DNA of 64,000 bases, taken from an uncultured Nitrospirota bacterium. Lineage in GTDB: Bacteria > Nitrospirota > Thermodesulfovibrionia > Thermodesulfovibrionales > UBA6898. The stretch spans positions 63-64,062 of the forward strand of contig CAMTUV010000005.1 of NCBI GenBank assembly GCA_947085015.1. Direction: 5' to 3'. The first letter of the stretch is position 1. The number at the start of each line of letters is the position of its first letter. Shown here one piece after another: positions 10,182 through 19,136 of the stretch. Under the pieces are notes generated by a model. The model did not search any database, had not been told where the DNA came from, and saw only the letters and a list, made by a program, of their open reading frames with translations. A program made the translations under genes and the position numbers.

Positions 10182-12254
10182 CTAAAAGCGGAAAGTAACC
10201 CGCGCCATCATGCTGAAGGGAGCGCCGGGCCGGTATTTGGTGCTGGTGGTGTCTTTTGTTACTTCCATCGCGTACCGTTTATCAAAAATGTTATAGGCAT
10301 CGAGCGTGATATCCAGATTTTTCTTTTCGTATCCGATCAGCGCATTTGTCAGAAACTGGTATCCTTTGTACTTTTCCGTGTTCGCGTTATCCATGTAGTA
10401 TTCACCCCAGGTGTTTGTATCCACCTTGAACTTGAGGCCTGAGGGGTGTTTGTAAAAAAGAAACAGGCTGTACTGGTGTTTGGGGATGTAGGGAAAGCTG
10501 TTTCCGTCCCTGATATAGGGCACACCCTTGATCCACTCCGTGAACTCCTTGAATTTGAAATCGCTGTACGTATAAGTACATCCCGCAAACAGGCCTTTAA
10601 TGATCTGGAACTTCCCGGTAAGTTCGACCCCCCTTTTCTCGGATTCTCCTGCATTGCTGTAGGTAGATTCTCCTCCGACCACGGTCTGGACAATCTCGTC
10701 CTTCACCTTCATGTAGAAGACCGAGAGATCAATGCTGTGGCCGCCTTCAAATCTTGCCTTAAGGCCTGTTTCATAGTTGTATACTGTCAGTGGTTTAAGG
10801 TCAGGATTGGTGCTCAACTCTGAACTCTGAGGGGTCTGGAATCCTGTTGATATATTCCCGTAGAGGTTCACAATCTCGTTGAGACTGTACACAACCCCGA
10901 TCCTCGGGCTGACAGCCTCGTAGGTCTTCTCCCTTTTCATGGTTTCAACGTTGTTAATATATTTACCCTTACTGTAGTCGTAATCAATGTAGTTCTGGGT
11001 GTCTATATCAAAGGCAACCTGGTCATAGCGCACTCCCAGATCGACAATCCACTTTTTTGACGGTCTCAGAGACTCCTGAACAAATATGCCCCATTTCGTG
11101 GTCATATCATCACTGGTCTCTGCCAGATCGCCCTTTTTATCTGAAAGAGTATTTTTTATCCGTCCCGATGGTCCCGGCACTTTGACATAATCCCTGTACG
11201 TATACTTCTCGCCTTCCCCCTTATCAACCTGTGCGGTCAGGCCTGTGGTAAGGGTCCCTTCTATACCCGCTATCTGGTGCTTCATGTCGACCTGCAGATC
11301 CGCACCGTACACATCAGAGCCCCCGTCATTGATAAGGCCTGTTACCGGATGATAATGGTTCCAGGTCTGGAAATAGACGAGTGGTTTCAGGGTAAAATTG
11401 CCGATCTCTTTTTCCATCTTGATATTCGCAGAAAAGATTTTGCTGTATCTTCCTGAATGTCTCCATTGTTCTAAGGTGAGCTGATGAATGTTACTCTCGA
11501 ACTGCGCCTTTTTCAGCGCGCCGGGAAGCTGAAGGTCTGCCTCTGTATAACTGACAGAAGCCTCGACAGAGCTGTTATCAGTGAAAAGGTGTCCGACTTT
11601 GAGACTCGCCTGGTTGGTGCTGAATTTATTCCATTCCCTCCACGAATCTGTAGACCGCCGGCTCCCGGAAACGTTGAAATAGGTGTTGTTGATGCTTGTT
11701 CCGTAGTTGAGGTTATACATCTGGGTATTGTCACTTCCGTATCCCAGCGTCAGGCTTTTCCTTTGTTCAAAGGGATTTCTCGTGATGATGTTGATCACCC
11801 CGCCTGCGGCATTGGCCCCGTAGAGAGTCGAGTTTGGGCCTTTTACGATGTCGATGCTTTCGACAAGCTGTGAGTCAACAAAGTCGAGACGTGACATGCC
11901 ATCCGGGTCTGTTATAGGGACACCATCAAGCAGGATCATGATCTCCCTGACGCCGTATCTGGCCTTAAGTCCGGCGCCTCGTATGATCAGCCGCGAGTCA
12001 TATCCGCCGTTCTTCGACTCAGACTGGACGCCGGAGATGCCGGTAAGAGCCTCTTTGAGATTGAACATCCGCGTGTTCTTTATGTCCTCTTTTGATACCG
12101 TATCGATCGCGGCAGGAATTTCCTTTGTAGTTCTTTCTGTCCTCGTTGCTGTTACGGTTATTTCTTCAAGTTCTTTTGCCTTCAGGGCGTCCTCACCTGA
12201 TGCGGTGCTGATGGACAACGATAAGAAGAAACCCAACAAAATAATATATATCAT
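10182..12254 (-). CDS. TonB-dependent outer-membrane receptor
   Basis: 690 aa. Signal peptide, plug region (EITVTATRTERTTKEIPAAIDTVSKEDI), a long beta-barrel and a terminal aromatic residue (..RVTFRF). Confidence 0.9.
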   Translation of the reverse strand: MIYIILLGFFLSLSISTASGEDALKAKELEEITVTATRTERTTKEIPAAIDTVSKEDIKNTRMFNLKEALTGISGVQSESKNGGYDSRLIIRGAGLKARYGVREIMILLDGVPITDPDGMSRLDFVDSQLVESIDIVKGPNSTLYGANAAGGVINIITRNPFEQRKSLTLGYGSDNTQMYNLNYGTSINNTYFNVSGSRRSTDSWREWNKFSTNQASLKVGHLFTDNSSVEASVSYTEADLQLPGALKKAQFESNIHQLTLEQWRHSGRYSKIFSANIKMEKEIGNFTLKPLVYFQTWNHYHPVTGLINDGGSDVYGADLQVDMKHQIAGIEGTLTTGLTAQVDKGEGEKYTYRDYVKVPGPSGRIKNTLSDKKGDLAETSDDMTTKWGIFVQESLRPSKKWIVDLGVRYDQVAFDIDTQNYIDYDYSKGKYINNVETMKREKTYEAVSPRIGVVYSLNEIVNLYGNISTGFQTPQSSELSTNPDLKPLTVYNYETGLKARFEGGHSIDLSVFYMKVKDEIVQTVVGGESTYSNAGESEKRGVELTGKFQIIKGLFAGCTYTYSDFKFKEFTEWIKGVPYIRDGNSFPYIPKHQYSLFLFYKHPSGLKFKVDTNTWGEYYMDNANTEKYKGYQFLTNALIGYEKKNLDITLDAYNIFDKRYAMEVTKDTTSTKYRPGAPFSMMARVTFRF

Positions 12255-12433
12255 TAAATCCCCCTGTTTTTTAACGAAAAATGGCTTTGTTTCAGCGATT
12301 ACTGTTCGCAGTAAATCAGCAAATTCCCTATCAGAACCGAGTTCATAAGGAGTGAACGTCGCTAATAAAGCATGTGCTTGCTATTAGACGTACTTATGAT
12401 AATTCGGATAAGGTTGCTGATCAGAACAGAAGA

Positions 12434-12721
12434 TTAGGACTGAGGAGGACGATCTTTCTGAAAGGGTACATCGAAGGATAAAACCAACAAATTTCGGGGC
12501 TCAACACATTGCAGAGATTCCAGGTGAACCAAACTAAAGACGTTTTCGAAAAATGCGGGCAGATCAGAATTTGCTGATCCAACACCATCAGTGGCATGGC
12601 AGACATCAAGGGTGATGATATAGTTGATGCCAGATTCAGGAGTGAATGACATGCTCACCGTGAGTGGCGAAAATACCGCAAGACTCATCGCGATCAATAT
12701 CAGTATGCCGGATACCTTCAT
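12434..12721 (-). CDS. small exported hypothetical protein
   Basis: An internal ATG at 12721 gives MKVSGILILIAMSLAVFSPL.. with a signal-peptide-like N-terminus. No recognisable family. Confidence 0.3.
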   Translation of the reverse strand: MKVSGILILIAMSLAVFSPLTVSMSFTPESGINYIITLDVCHATDGVGSANSDLPAFFENVFSLVHLESLQCVEPRNLLVLSFDVPFQKDRPPQS

Positions 12722-12995
12722 GGTGGTGCTATTCTGACCAAGAGAAACGATGGCTGTCAACGTCAAATTATAATTATAGAAAGAAACTAAATTGTCTCTG
12801 CAGTGCGACCTCGTTTTCGGATTCAATTTGACTCACAAAAGGTTAACAAAAGGGGGTGTCAAGGATAGTGGCATAGATACACTCACCAAGCACGGGGTCT
12901 TGCTGATCTGGCAAGCCTTGCCCTCTCCCCTGTCGGAACAGATAACCATCTGTTCGTCGGCGACTGCATTATTCATTGGATCTCGGTAAAGATGG

Positions 12996-14249
12996 TTATT
13001 CCTTTTCCCTGGTAATGTCAGCCCCGATTTTTATTAACTTCTCTTCGATCTTCTCGTAACCCCTGTCGAGGTGATATATCCTGTTTATTGTTGTCTCGCC
13101 CTCTGCAGCAAGGGCAGCCACAATAAGCGATGCACTTGCCCTTAAATCAGTTGCCATGAGCGGAGCGCCTTTGATCTTCATTACGCCTTTGATCGTTGCG
13201 GTGCCGCCTTCGGTCGAGATATCTGCACCCATCCTCTTGAGTTCTGCAACATGCATGAACCGGTTCTCAAATATCTTCTCGGATATCACACTGGTGCCTT
13301 CGGCAACACACATCATCGCCATAAGCTGGGCCTGCATGTCAGTCGGGAATCCCGGATAGGGCATAGTTGTTGTGCTCACTGCCTTCAACCTTTGCGGCCC
13401 GATCGCCCTGATCCCATTGCGCACAGGCTTAAAGACAATCCCCGTATCCCTCAGTTTGTTGATCACCGCATCGAGATGGTCAGGCCTGCAGTTCCTGATC
13501 GTTATATCAGCGTTGGTCACACCTGCTATTGCCATAAAGGTTCCTGTCTCTATCCTGTCCGGTATGACCGTATGCCTGAGCGGTTTCAACTTCCTGACCC
13601 CTTCGATCTCTATGACACTCTCTCCCGCACCTTTTATCTTCGCTCCCATCGAAATGAGAGCATCTGCAAGGTCAATCACCTCAGGCTCGCGTGCTGCGTT
13701 CTCTAAAAACGTCCTTCCCTCTGCGAGCGTTGCAGCCATCATCAGATTCTCCGTGCCGGTAACGGTTGGCATGTCAAAATAAATATGCGCGCCTTTCAGC
13801 TTCTTTGCCTTTGCAATCACATAACCTGAATCAAGAATGATGGTTGCACCCATCTTCTCAAGGCCCATCAGGTGCAGGTTTATGGGGCGTGCGCCGATCG
13901 CACATCCGCCGGGAAGAGATACCTTTGCCTTGCCGAGCCGGGCAACAAGCGGGCCTAACACAAGCACAGATGCACGCATAGTGCTGACCAGGTCATACGG
14001 TGCCTCAAAGTTCTTTATTACTGTGCAGTCAAGGATAGCCTTGTTCTTTTCGAGGTGAAAGCCTGCGCCCAGGTTGGCGATCAACCTTCCCATGGTCGAG
14101 ACATCCCTGAGATGGGGTACATTCCTGATAATATGTTCACCGGGTGCAAGGAGGGTTGCAGCCATGATCGGAAGCACAGCGTTTTTCGATCCGCTGATCG
14201 TAACACTACCCTTTAGCCTGTTGCCGCCTCTAATGACGAGTTTGTCCAG
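12996..14249 (-). CDS. murA: UDP-N-acetylglucosamine 1-carboxyvinyltransferase
   Basis: The track ORF (393 aa, GVG at 14177 read as a GTG start) lacks the conserved MurA N-terminus. The in-frame upstream codons encode [25 protein letters not shown], which matches E. coli [25 protein letters not shown]. The frame is closed by TGA at 14265-14267. The only candidate start is CTG at 14247-14249, 6 nt after GAGGAGG. Confidence 0.85.
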   Translation of the reverse strand: MDKLVIRGGNRLKGSVTISGSKNAVLPIMAATLLAPGEHIIRNVPHLRDVSTMGRLIANLGAGFHLEKNKAILDCTVIKNFEAPYDLVSTMRASVLVLGPLVARLGKAKVSLPGGCAIGARPINLHLMGLEKMGATIILDSGYVIAKAKKLKGAHIYFDMPTVTGTENLMMAATLAEGRTFLENAAREPEVIDLADALISMGAKIKGAGESVIEIEGVRKLKPLRHTVIPDRIETGTFMAIAGVTNADITIRNCRPDHLDAVINKLRDTGIVFKPVRNGIRAIGPQRLKAVSTTTMPYPGFPTDMQAQLMAMMCVAEGTSVISEKIFENRFMHVAELKRMGADISTEGGTATIKGVMKIKGAPLMATDLRASASLIVAALAAEGETTINRIYHLDRGYEKIEEKLIKIGADITREKE

Positions 14250-14300
14250 ATAAACCTCCTCAACTCAACTAAGATGTTTATAAGCGCGCCGCCGCTCTTT

Positions 14301-14360
14301 GTCACTCCGGCTTGACCGGAGTCTTTCTTCGAAAGGATTCCCGACAAGCGGGAATGACAC
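14301..14360. repeat. hairpin-doublet repeat, copy R1 (GTCAYTCC...GGAATGAC family)
   Basis: Sequence gtc-ACTCCGG-cttga-CCGGAGT-c tttcttcgaaagg ATTCCCG-acaag-CGGGAAT-gac, that is two inverted hairpin units. It shares termini with copies at 19021, 20047, 20406 and 57787. Confidence 0.8.
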
Positions 14361-14450
14361 CAGGTAATGAACGCAGCACTGATTCTCTTTTTCGTTATTG
14401 TAATACAAAAGGAGTTTTTTGGCATAACCGAAATATGGTATATTTCAGGC

Positions 14451-14609
14451 ATGAGAGAATTTATCATTTATCAGGACGATGACAACACATGGGTTGCTGA
14501 GGCAAAAGAACTCCCCGGCGTTCATATGAGGGGGAATACCCAAAAGGAAGCTCTCGAAAAGATCCAGACAGCATTGAAGATCTATTATCCCTGCAGGTGC
14601 GAAGACTAA
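14451..14609 (+). CDS. HicB-like antitoxin family protein (orphan)
   Basis: 52 aa from the internal ATG. MREFIIYQDDDNTWVAEAKELPGVHMRGNTQKEALEKIQTAL fits the HicB/UPF0150 pattern (..dG.yva.v.eLPG....G.T.eEAl). No adjacent HicA gene. Confidence 0.5.
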   Translation: MREFIIYQDDDNTWVAEAKELPGVHMRGNTQKEALEKIQTALKIYYPCRCED

Positions 14610-14894
14610 GCTGCAGAAACAGAATTCCCTGCGTTAAGAATATATCGTATCTGTAAACCGGCCTCCCGGGCCATTTTTCTTGCATTGCAATGTTGACAAG
14701 ACCCCCGTCTGTGTGGTCTAATATATTCACTAACAAACCACATAAATCTTCCCAAAACAACCCGGCTCATCACGCTTTTCCCTATATGTTCAATGCAGCC
14801 AATTTAATAATAAACAGGGTTTTTACAAGGATATAACGTTCAGAACGTTACGGCCCTCTGTAATTGTTTTAAGGGAAGAATTAAGGAGGCATGC

Positions 14895-15518
14895 ATGTCA
14901 AAAGAAATGACAGTTGATACACAGTCTAAAAGGCCCTCGCTGATTCCTCTCATGTTCCTGGTTCTTATGGCCATGATCACTCTTACGCTGGCATTTGGAG
15001 CAATAGTGCAGGGAGTGCGCCCAAACACTGAGTTCTTTTCATCTTTCAATGCTAACAGTGATGATGCGGCAAAGAAGAGGATACTGGACTGGATGGCAGA
15101 GAACTCTGCTGTGCCGGACCAGGTATTAGCGAAGATCTATAATGCAGCTTCAGTCACCGGCAACAGGGACCTGATCCTTGCGATCTGTCTTGTGGAGTCC
15201 AACTTCAACCCGCACGCGGAAAGCGACAAGGGAGCAATCGGCCTTATGGGGATAATGCCGGGCGTCTGGGTAAAAGAACTGAAGGAGCAAGGCATCATAA
15301 ACGAGAAGGCTGATCTTTATAAGATATCGGGCAATATAGCGGCTGGTGCCCATGTTCTTGAAACGTATCTATTGGAAACAAATGATCTCAGGCAGGCGCT
15401 TATCCGTTATGTGGGAGGAGCTTCCTGGTATGCGACCAGGGTCTTGAAGGCGCAAAAACAGATCAGACTTGCACAATCTGCAGACCAGCAACTCGCTTTT
15501 TCTGTTGCTCAGAATTAA
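14895..15518 (+). CDS. lytic transglycosylase (SLT domain) protein
   Basis: N-terminal TM helix. SLT catalytic region AICLVESNFNPHAESDKGAIGLMGIMP. AAGGAGG lies upstream. Confidence 0.8.
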   Translation: MSKEMTVDTQSKRPSLIPLMFLVLMAMITLTLAFGAIVQGVRPNTEFFSSFNANSDDAAKKRILDWMAENSAVPDQVLAKIYNAASVTGNRDLILAICLVESNFNPHAESDKGAIGLMGIMPGVWVKELKEQGIINEKADLYKISGNIAAGAHVLETYLLETNDLRQALIRYVGGASWYATRVLKAQKQIRLAQSADQQLAFSVAQN

Positions 15519-15547
15519 GTGTCTGCCCTCTGCGGCTCTGCTTATGC

Positions 15548-16573
15548 TTACGGATGGTCGAGATGTTTGGTCTGAGGGAGAATGCGTTGATAGTCCTGAT
15601 AGGAGACTGAGGATTCCCATCTGCCTGTCAGTTTGGCAATAGTGATGCTCCCGAAAAAGAAGGCGATGATGAGGCAGCCAAACAGAAGAGGCTGCAAGAC
15701 CTTTCTTTTGGGAAGTGATATGTCAAGCGCGCCCTTTGCCGGGCAATGACTTACGCAGGTCAGGCATCCTGTGCATTCCGGAGATCTCACCTGCAACAGC
15801 GATTCCACAGGCAAGAGCGAAGGACAGTTTTCAGTACACTTCCTGCAGTGGATGCATGCCTTTTCACTCCTCCTGATCTTAAGAGGGCTCAACATGCTCA
15901 GCAGACCGAGAAGCGCGCCGTACGGGCAGAGGTATCTGCACCAGAAGTTCTTGTAAAACAGGGAAAGAATTAAAAGCAATGACAGGGAGATTGCAGTTGT
16001 TTTTGTCATCTCTGTGAAAAAGAAGAGCATCTTCACATCTGCGATCCTGTAATAGTCGTTTTCGAGAAAGCGGAAGATCGCAGGAGTCGGCATCTTCAGG
16101 ACAATGACATAGATGAAAAATGCCATGAGCAGATACTTTACGGATCTCAGGCCAAAGTCTGCATAGCGCGGAACAGAGAAGTTCCTGCCAAAGATCTTTT
16201 CCCCCAGTTTCCAGACGCTCTCAGATATAGCGCCCACAGGACATATCCATCCGCAGAAGCCTTTTTTCAGAACAAGGGCCATGGCAATGGCTGAGACAAA
16301 GATGACAAGGCCTGCAGGATGGATGCGGTCGAATACGCCTTCCATAATCCAGAGCTTAAGGCCCATGAGCGCGCCGATCGGAAGAAAACCTTCCACTGAA
16401 GGGAACCTGTTCTTCAGCACCTCTTCTTCGCCGCCGGCCGGCAGTGCTCCCATGCCAAGGAAGTGGTCAGTGAATATGAAGAAACGATAACCTGCATAGA
16501 ACAGGAAGAGGACTATTCCCCACTGTACTGTATAGCGCAGGTACCGCACGTATGCCCGGTCGATCTTTTCCAT
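15548..16573 (-). CDS. membrane-bound 4Fe-4S polyferredoxin (NapH/MauN-like), paralog 2
   Basis: TM helices, CGWICPVGA, CIHCRKCTENCP and CTGCLTCVSHCP. Confidence 0.7.
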   Translation of the reverse strand: MEKIDRAYVRYLRYTVQWGIVLFLFYAGYRFFIFTDHFLGMGALPAGGEEEVLKNRFPSVEGFLPIGALMGLKLWIMEGVFDRIHPAGLVIFVSAIAMALVLKKGFCGWICPVGAISESVWKLGEKIFGRNFSVPRYADFGLRSVKYLLMAFFIYVIVLKMPTPAIFRFLENDYYRIADVKMLFFFTEMTKTTAISLSLLLILSLFYKNFWCRYLCPYGALLGLLSMLSPLKIRRSEKACIHCRKCTENCPSLLPVESLLQVRSPECTGCLTCVSHCPAKGALDISLPKRKVLQPLLFGCLIIAFFFGSITIAKLTGRWESSVSYQDYQRILPQTKHLDHP

Positions 16574-16661
16574 GCATATAGTGTAATGAAAAGAAGGGGA
16601 AGAATATATGATTTAGGCCATAGTTGGAATCGGTTTCAAACAGCCGCCGTGAAGACGATCA

Positions 16662-16985
16662 TTATCTCAGCAGGCGATCCTGAAGCAGGTCTTGCAGGTC
16701 CCTTCTGCCGTCAAGCACACAATAGACATGAACAATCCGCTCAGCAACCTGATAGATGATGCGATATGGCTTGAAGAAGACCTCCCGGTATTCCATCACA
16801 CCGATCCGCTCAAGCTCCGGAGGTATATGCCCTCTCAGCGGTAAGGCATCGAGCTTCATTACGGTCTTTTCGATATTCACAAGAAGCCTGTCAGCCTTTT
16901 CTGGAGAGTCATTGCGAGCAACATAACGGGATATTTCCCGAAGATCACGCTCCGCCTCTTCAACAAGAAAAACAGAGTATTTCAT
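16662..16985 (-). CDS. type II toxin, RelE/ParE family
   Basis: 107 aa with a ParE-like pattern (..A..DL..I..YVA..S...A.. ..YR.IY.V....V.V..V..GRR). The start overlaps the upstream antitoxin stop. Confidence 0.75.
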   Translation of the reverse strand: MKYSVFLVEEAERDLREISRYVARNDSPEKADRLLVNIEKTVMKLDALPLRGHIPPELERIGVMEYREVFFKPYRIIYQVAERIVHVYCVLDGRRDLQDLLQDRLLR

Positions 16986-17266
16986 TAAGCTGGATTCCTG
17001 CCTGACTTTTTCCGAATCGCTTGAAAGGCCACAGCAGCCGGGCGGAATTTTCCAGCCTCAATGTTCTTTCTGCCCATAGCGAGGATCTTAAGCAAGGCCA
17101 TGCTTTCGCGGTCCTTCTCATATTCGGTGATATCCTGAAGAACAGCACGGGCCTCACCGTTCAGCGTAATAACAACGGGGCTCCGACTGTTTGAGATATT
17201 CCTGATGATTTCTGAAGCATGTGCTTTGATATAACTGATCGGCTTTACCTGTTCGCTCAACTTCAT
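16985..17266 (-). CDS. type II antitoxin, Phd/YefM family
   Basis: ATG at 17266, preceded by GGGAGG. MKLSEQVKPISYIKAHASEIIRNI..PVVITLNGEARAVLQDI is Phd/YefM-like. Confidence 0.75.
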   Translation of the reverse strand: MKLSEQVKPISYIKAHASEIIRNISNSRSPVVITLNGEARAVLQDITEYEKDRESMALLKILAMGRKNIEAGKFRPAAVAFQAIRKKSGRNPA

Positions 17267-17453
17267 GGCACTAACCTCCCTCAAAATGGACTGAATTTAG
17301 TCTATATTATAGGCTATATTACTTCAAGGGCATAACTCGCCAGCCGAGCTGACAACAGATATCCATCCTCAGAACCCTTGTTTGGATTTTGCAGTTCGCA
17401 CAGGTCAAAACCGCTATTTCTGTTTTAAAGCCGTTTGCAGGTAAAATACTGCC

Positions 17454-18992
17454 ATGGGATACCGGGAAATTACATTACAGCTGCCGACTGATTATAATGA
17501 AGACGCGCTGAAACAAGGCATTGCAAAACAGCTCGGCATTCGGGAATTCTCGTATCAGATAGAGAACAAAAGCCTTGATGCAAGGAAAAAAGCGAATATC
17601 CACTGGCTCGTCCGGGTTGTTGTGTTATCAGATGAAGTCTCCGGGGGCAATCCCCTTCTCTTCCCTTCTCTGGATATCCCGCACAAAAAGAGAAATAAGA
17701 AAGCTATTGTTGTCGGAAGCGGTCCTGCAGGGTTCTTTTCAGCGTTTGTTCTGCAGAAGGCAGGATTTGATACCACTCTTATTGAAAGGGGCACAGATGT
17801 CCATAAGAGGACTGAAGGGATAAGGGAATTCGAGAAGACCGGTGTTTTTAACCCTATCGCCAATTACGCCTTTGGTGAAGGCGGTGCAGGGACATTTTCA
17901 GACGGAAAGCTCACGTCACGATCCAAGCATATATCAGGTGAGCGACAGTTCATATTGGATAGTTATATAAGCGCCGGAGCCCCGGAAGAAATTGGATATA
18001 TGGCACATCCTCATCTTGGCAGCGATAATCTCAGATTGATCGTCAAAAATCTCAGAGATGCATTCAGCGCTATTGGTGGACGCATGGTATTTGAGACGCT
18101 CCTTGAAGATCTGAAGATCGAAAATGGCAAGGTCATTGAGGCGATCACTTCCTCAGGCGGGATGGAGGCTGATTATTTCATTATTGCACCGGGCCATTCC
18201 GCGTATGAGACGTACCGGATGCTGATCAAAAGGGGCATCCAGTTTCGTACAAAGAATTTTGCCCTTGGCAGCAGAGTGGAACATTCCCAGCAGATCATAA
18301 ACAAGGCACAGTGGGGCAGAGAAAGCCTGCCCGGAGTAAAGGCTGCTGAATATCGCCTTACGTCCCCGGGGGACAACAGGCTCCAGGTGTATACTTTTTG
18401 CATGTGTCCCGGTGGCACTGTTGTCCCTGCGACTGCATATCCTAATACAAACATCGTAAACGGCATGAGCCGTTATAAGAGAAACGGGAAGTTCGCGAAT
18501 GCCGCATGTGTAGCCGGCGTTCATCCTGACAGACTGATCAACAGGAAAGCAGCGCCAGAAGAAGCCCTTGACTGGATTCAAACCCTTGAAGAGCGTTTTC
18601 ATCAATATTCGAATGGTTTTGCAGCCCCGTTCTGCAGCATACAGAATTTTATTGACCAGAAGGAGCCGACAGCCAGTGTTGAGTCAAGCTATCCTCTGGG
18701 ATTAAAGCCGGCAGCGCTATGGGATCTTCTGCCTGCTGAGATAAGCAGCTCTATCAGGGAAGGGCTCAGGGATTTCAGCAGAAAAATACAGGGATTCGAA
18801 ACAGGCACTATCATGGGGCTTGAGAGCAAGACTTCAGCTCCAATCCAGGTCGTACGGGAAAAAGAGCGTACCTGCACTGGCATTGAAAATCTTTACATAG
18901 TCGGGGAAGGCAGCGGATGCTCCGGAGGCATCATATCAAGCGGAGCTGATGGCATAAAGGCTGCTTTGCATATTGTGGAGAGTAATTCCTGA
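17454..18992 (+). CDS. NAD(P)/FAD-dependent oxidoreductase (COG2509-type)
   Basis: 512 aa. Dinucleotide fold IVVGSGPAGFFSAF and the FCMCPGGTVV motif typical of this family. Confidence 0.7.
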   Translation: MGYREITLQLPTDYNEDALKQGIAKQLGIREFSYQIENKSLDARKKANIHWLVRVVVLSDEVSGGNPLLFPSLDIPHKKRNKKAIVVGSGPAGFFSAFVLQKAGFDTTLIERGTDVHKRTEGIREFEKTGVFNPIANYAFGEGGAGTFSDGKLTSRSKHISGERQFILDSYISAGAPEEIGYMAHPHLGSDNLRLIVKNLRDAFSAIGGRMVFETLLEDLKIENGKVIEAITSSGGMEADYFIIAPGHSAYETYRMLIKRGIQFRTKNFALGSRVEHSQQIINKAQWGRESLPGVKAAEYRLTSPGDNRLQVYTFCMCPGGTVVPATAYPNTNIVNGMSRYKRNGKFANAACVAGVHPDRLINRKAAPEEALDWIQTLEERFHQYSNGFAAPFCSIQNFIDQKEPTASVESSYPLGLKPAALWDLLPAEISSSIREGLRDFSRKIQGFETGTIMGLESKTSAPIQVVREKERTCTGIENLYIVGEGSGCSGGIISSGADGIKAALHIVESNS

Positions 18993-19020
18993 TCCATAAA
19001 TAATGTATGTCGCATATTCT

Positions 19021-19101
19021 GTCACTCCCGCTTGCCGGGAGTCCTTTCCCCCAGAAAGATTCCGGATACCCAAACATCGGGCACAAGCAAGCCGGAATGA
19101 C
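19021..19101. repeat. hairpin-doublet repeat, copy R2 (ORF-less derivative of the GIY-YIG unit)
   Basis: Left arm gtc-ACTCCCG-cttgc-CGGGAGT-c. The right arm attccggatacccaaacatcgggcacaagcaagccggaatgac equals the reverse complement of 20047-20090 with 2 mismatches. Confidence 0.8.
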
Positions 19102-19136
19102 AAAACGTAGGACGTTATTTTTGAGCCCAACAAAAG

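Noticed and set aside
12255-12433. Possible cobalamin riboswitch or Fur box in the 179-nt leader of the TonB-dependent receptor
   Set aside because: The minus strand contains gatAGGGAAtt and ctGCGAACAGTAAtcg, which loosely recall the B12-riboswitch core. I could not find the GGTG..AA..CC arm or a B12 box (GCCACTG-like). A Fur-like half-site (ATGATAAT, about 12396-12403) is only a half match. A cmsearch with Rfam RF00174 and a Fur position-weight-matrix scan would settle it.
12936-12955. 8-bp-stem hairpin gaacagat-aacc-atctgttc downstream of murA
   Set aside because: It could be a terminator, but no U-tract follows on either strand, so I did not annotate it.
14213-14467. 84-aa ORF, plus ORFs at 18936-19133 and 57689-57889, with recurring ..DSGQAGMT../..[14 protein letters not shown].. 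peptides
   Set aside because: These are translations of the hairpin-doublet repeat family, not genes. The shared peptide comes from the shared repeat DNA.
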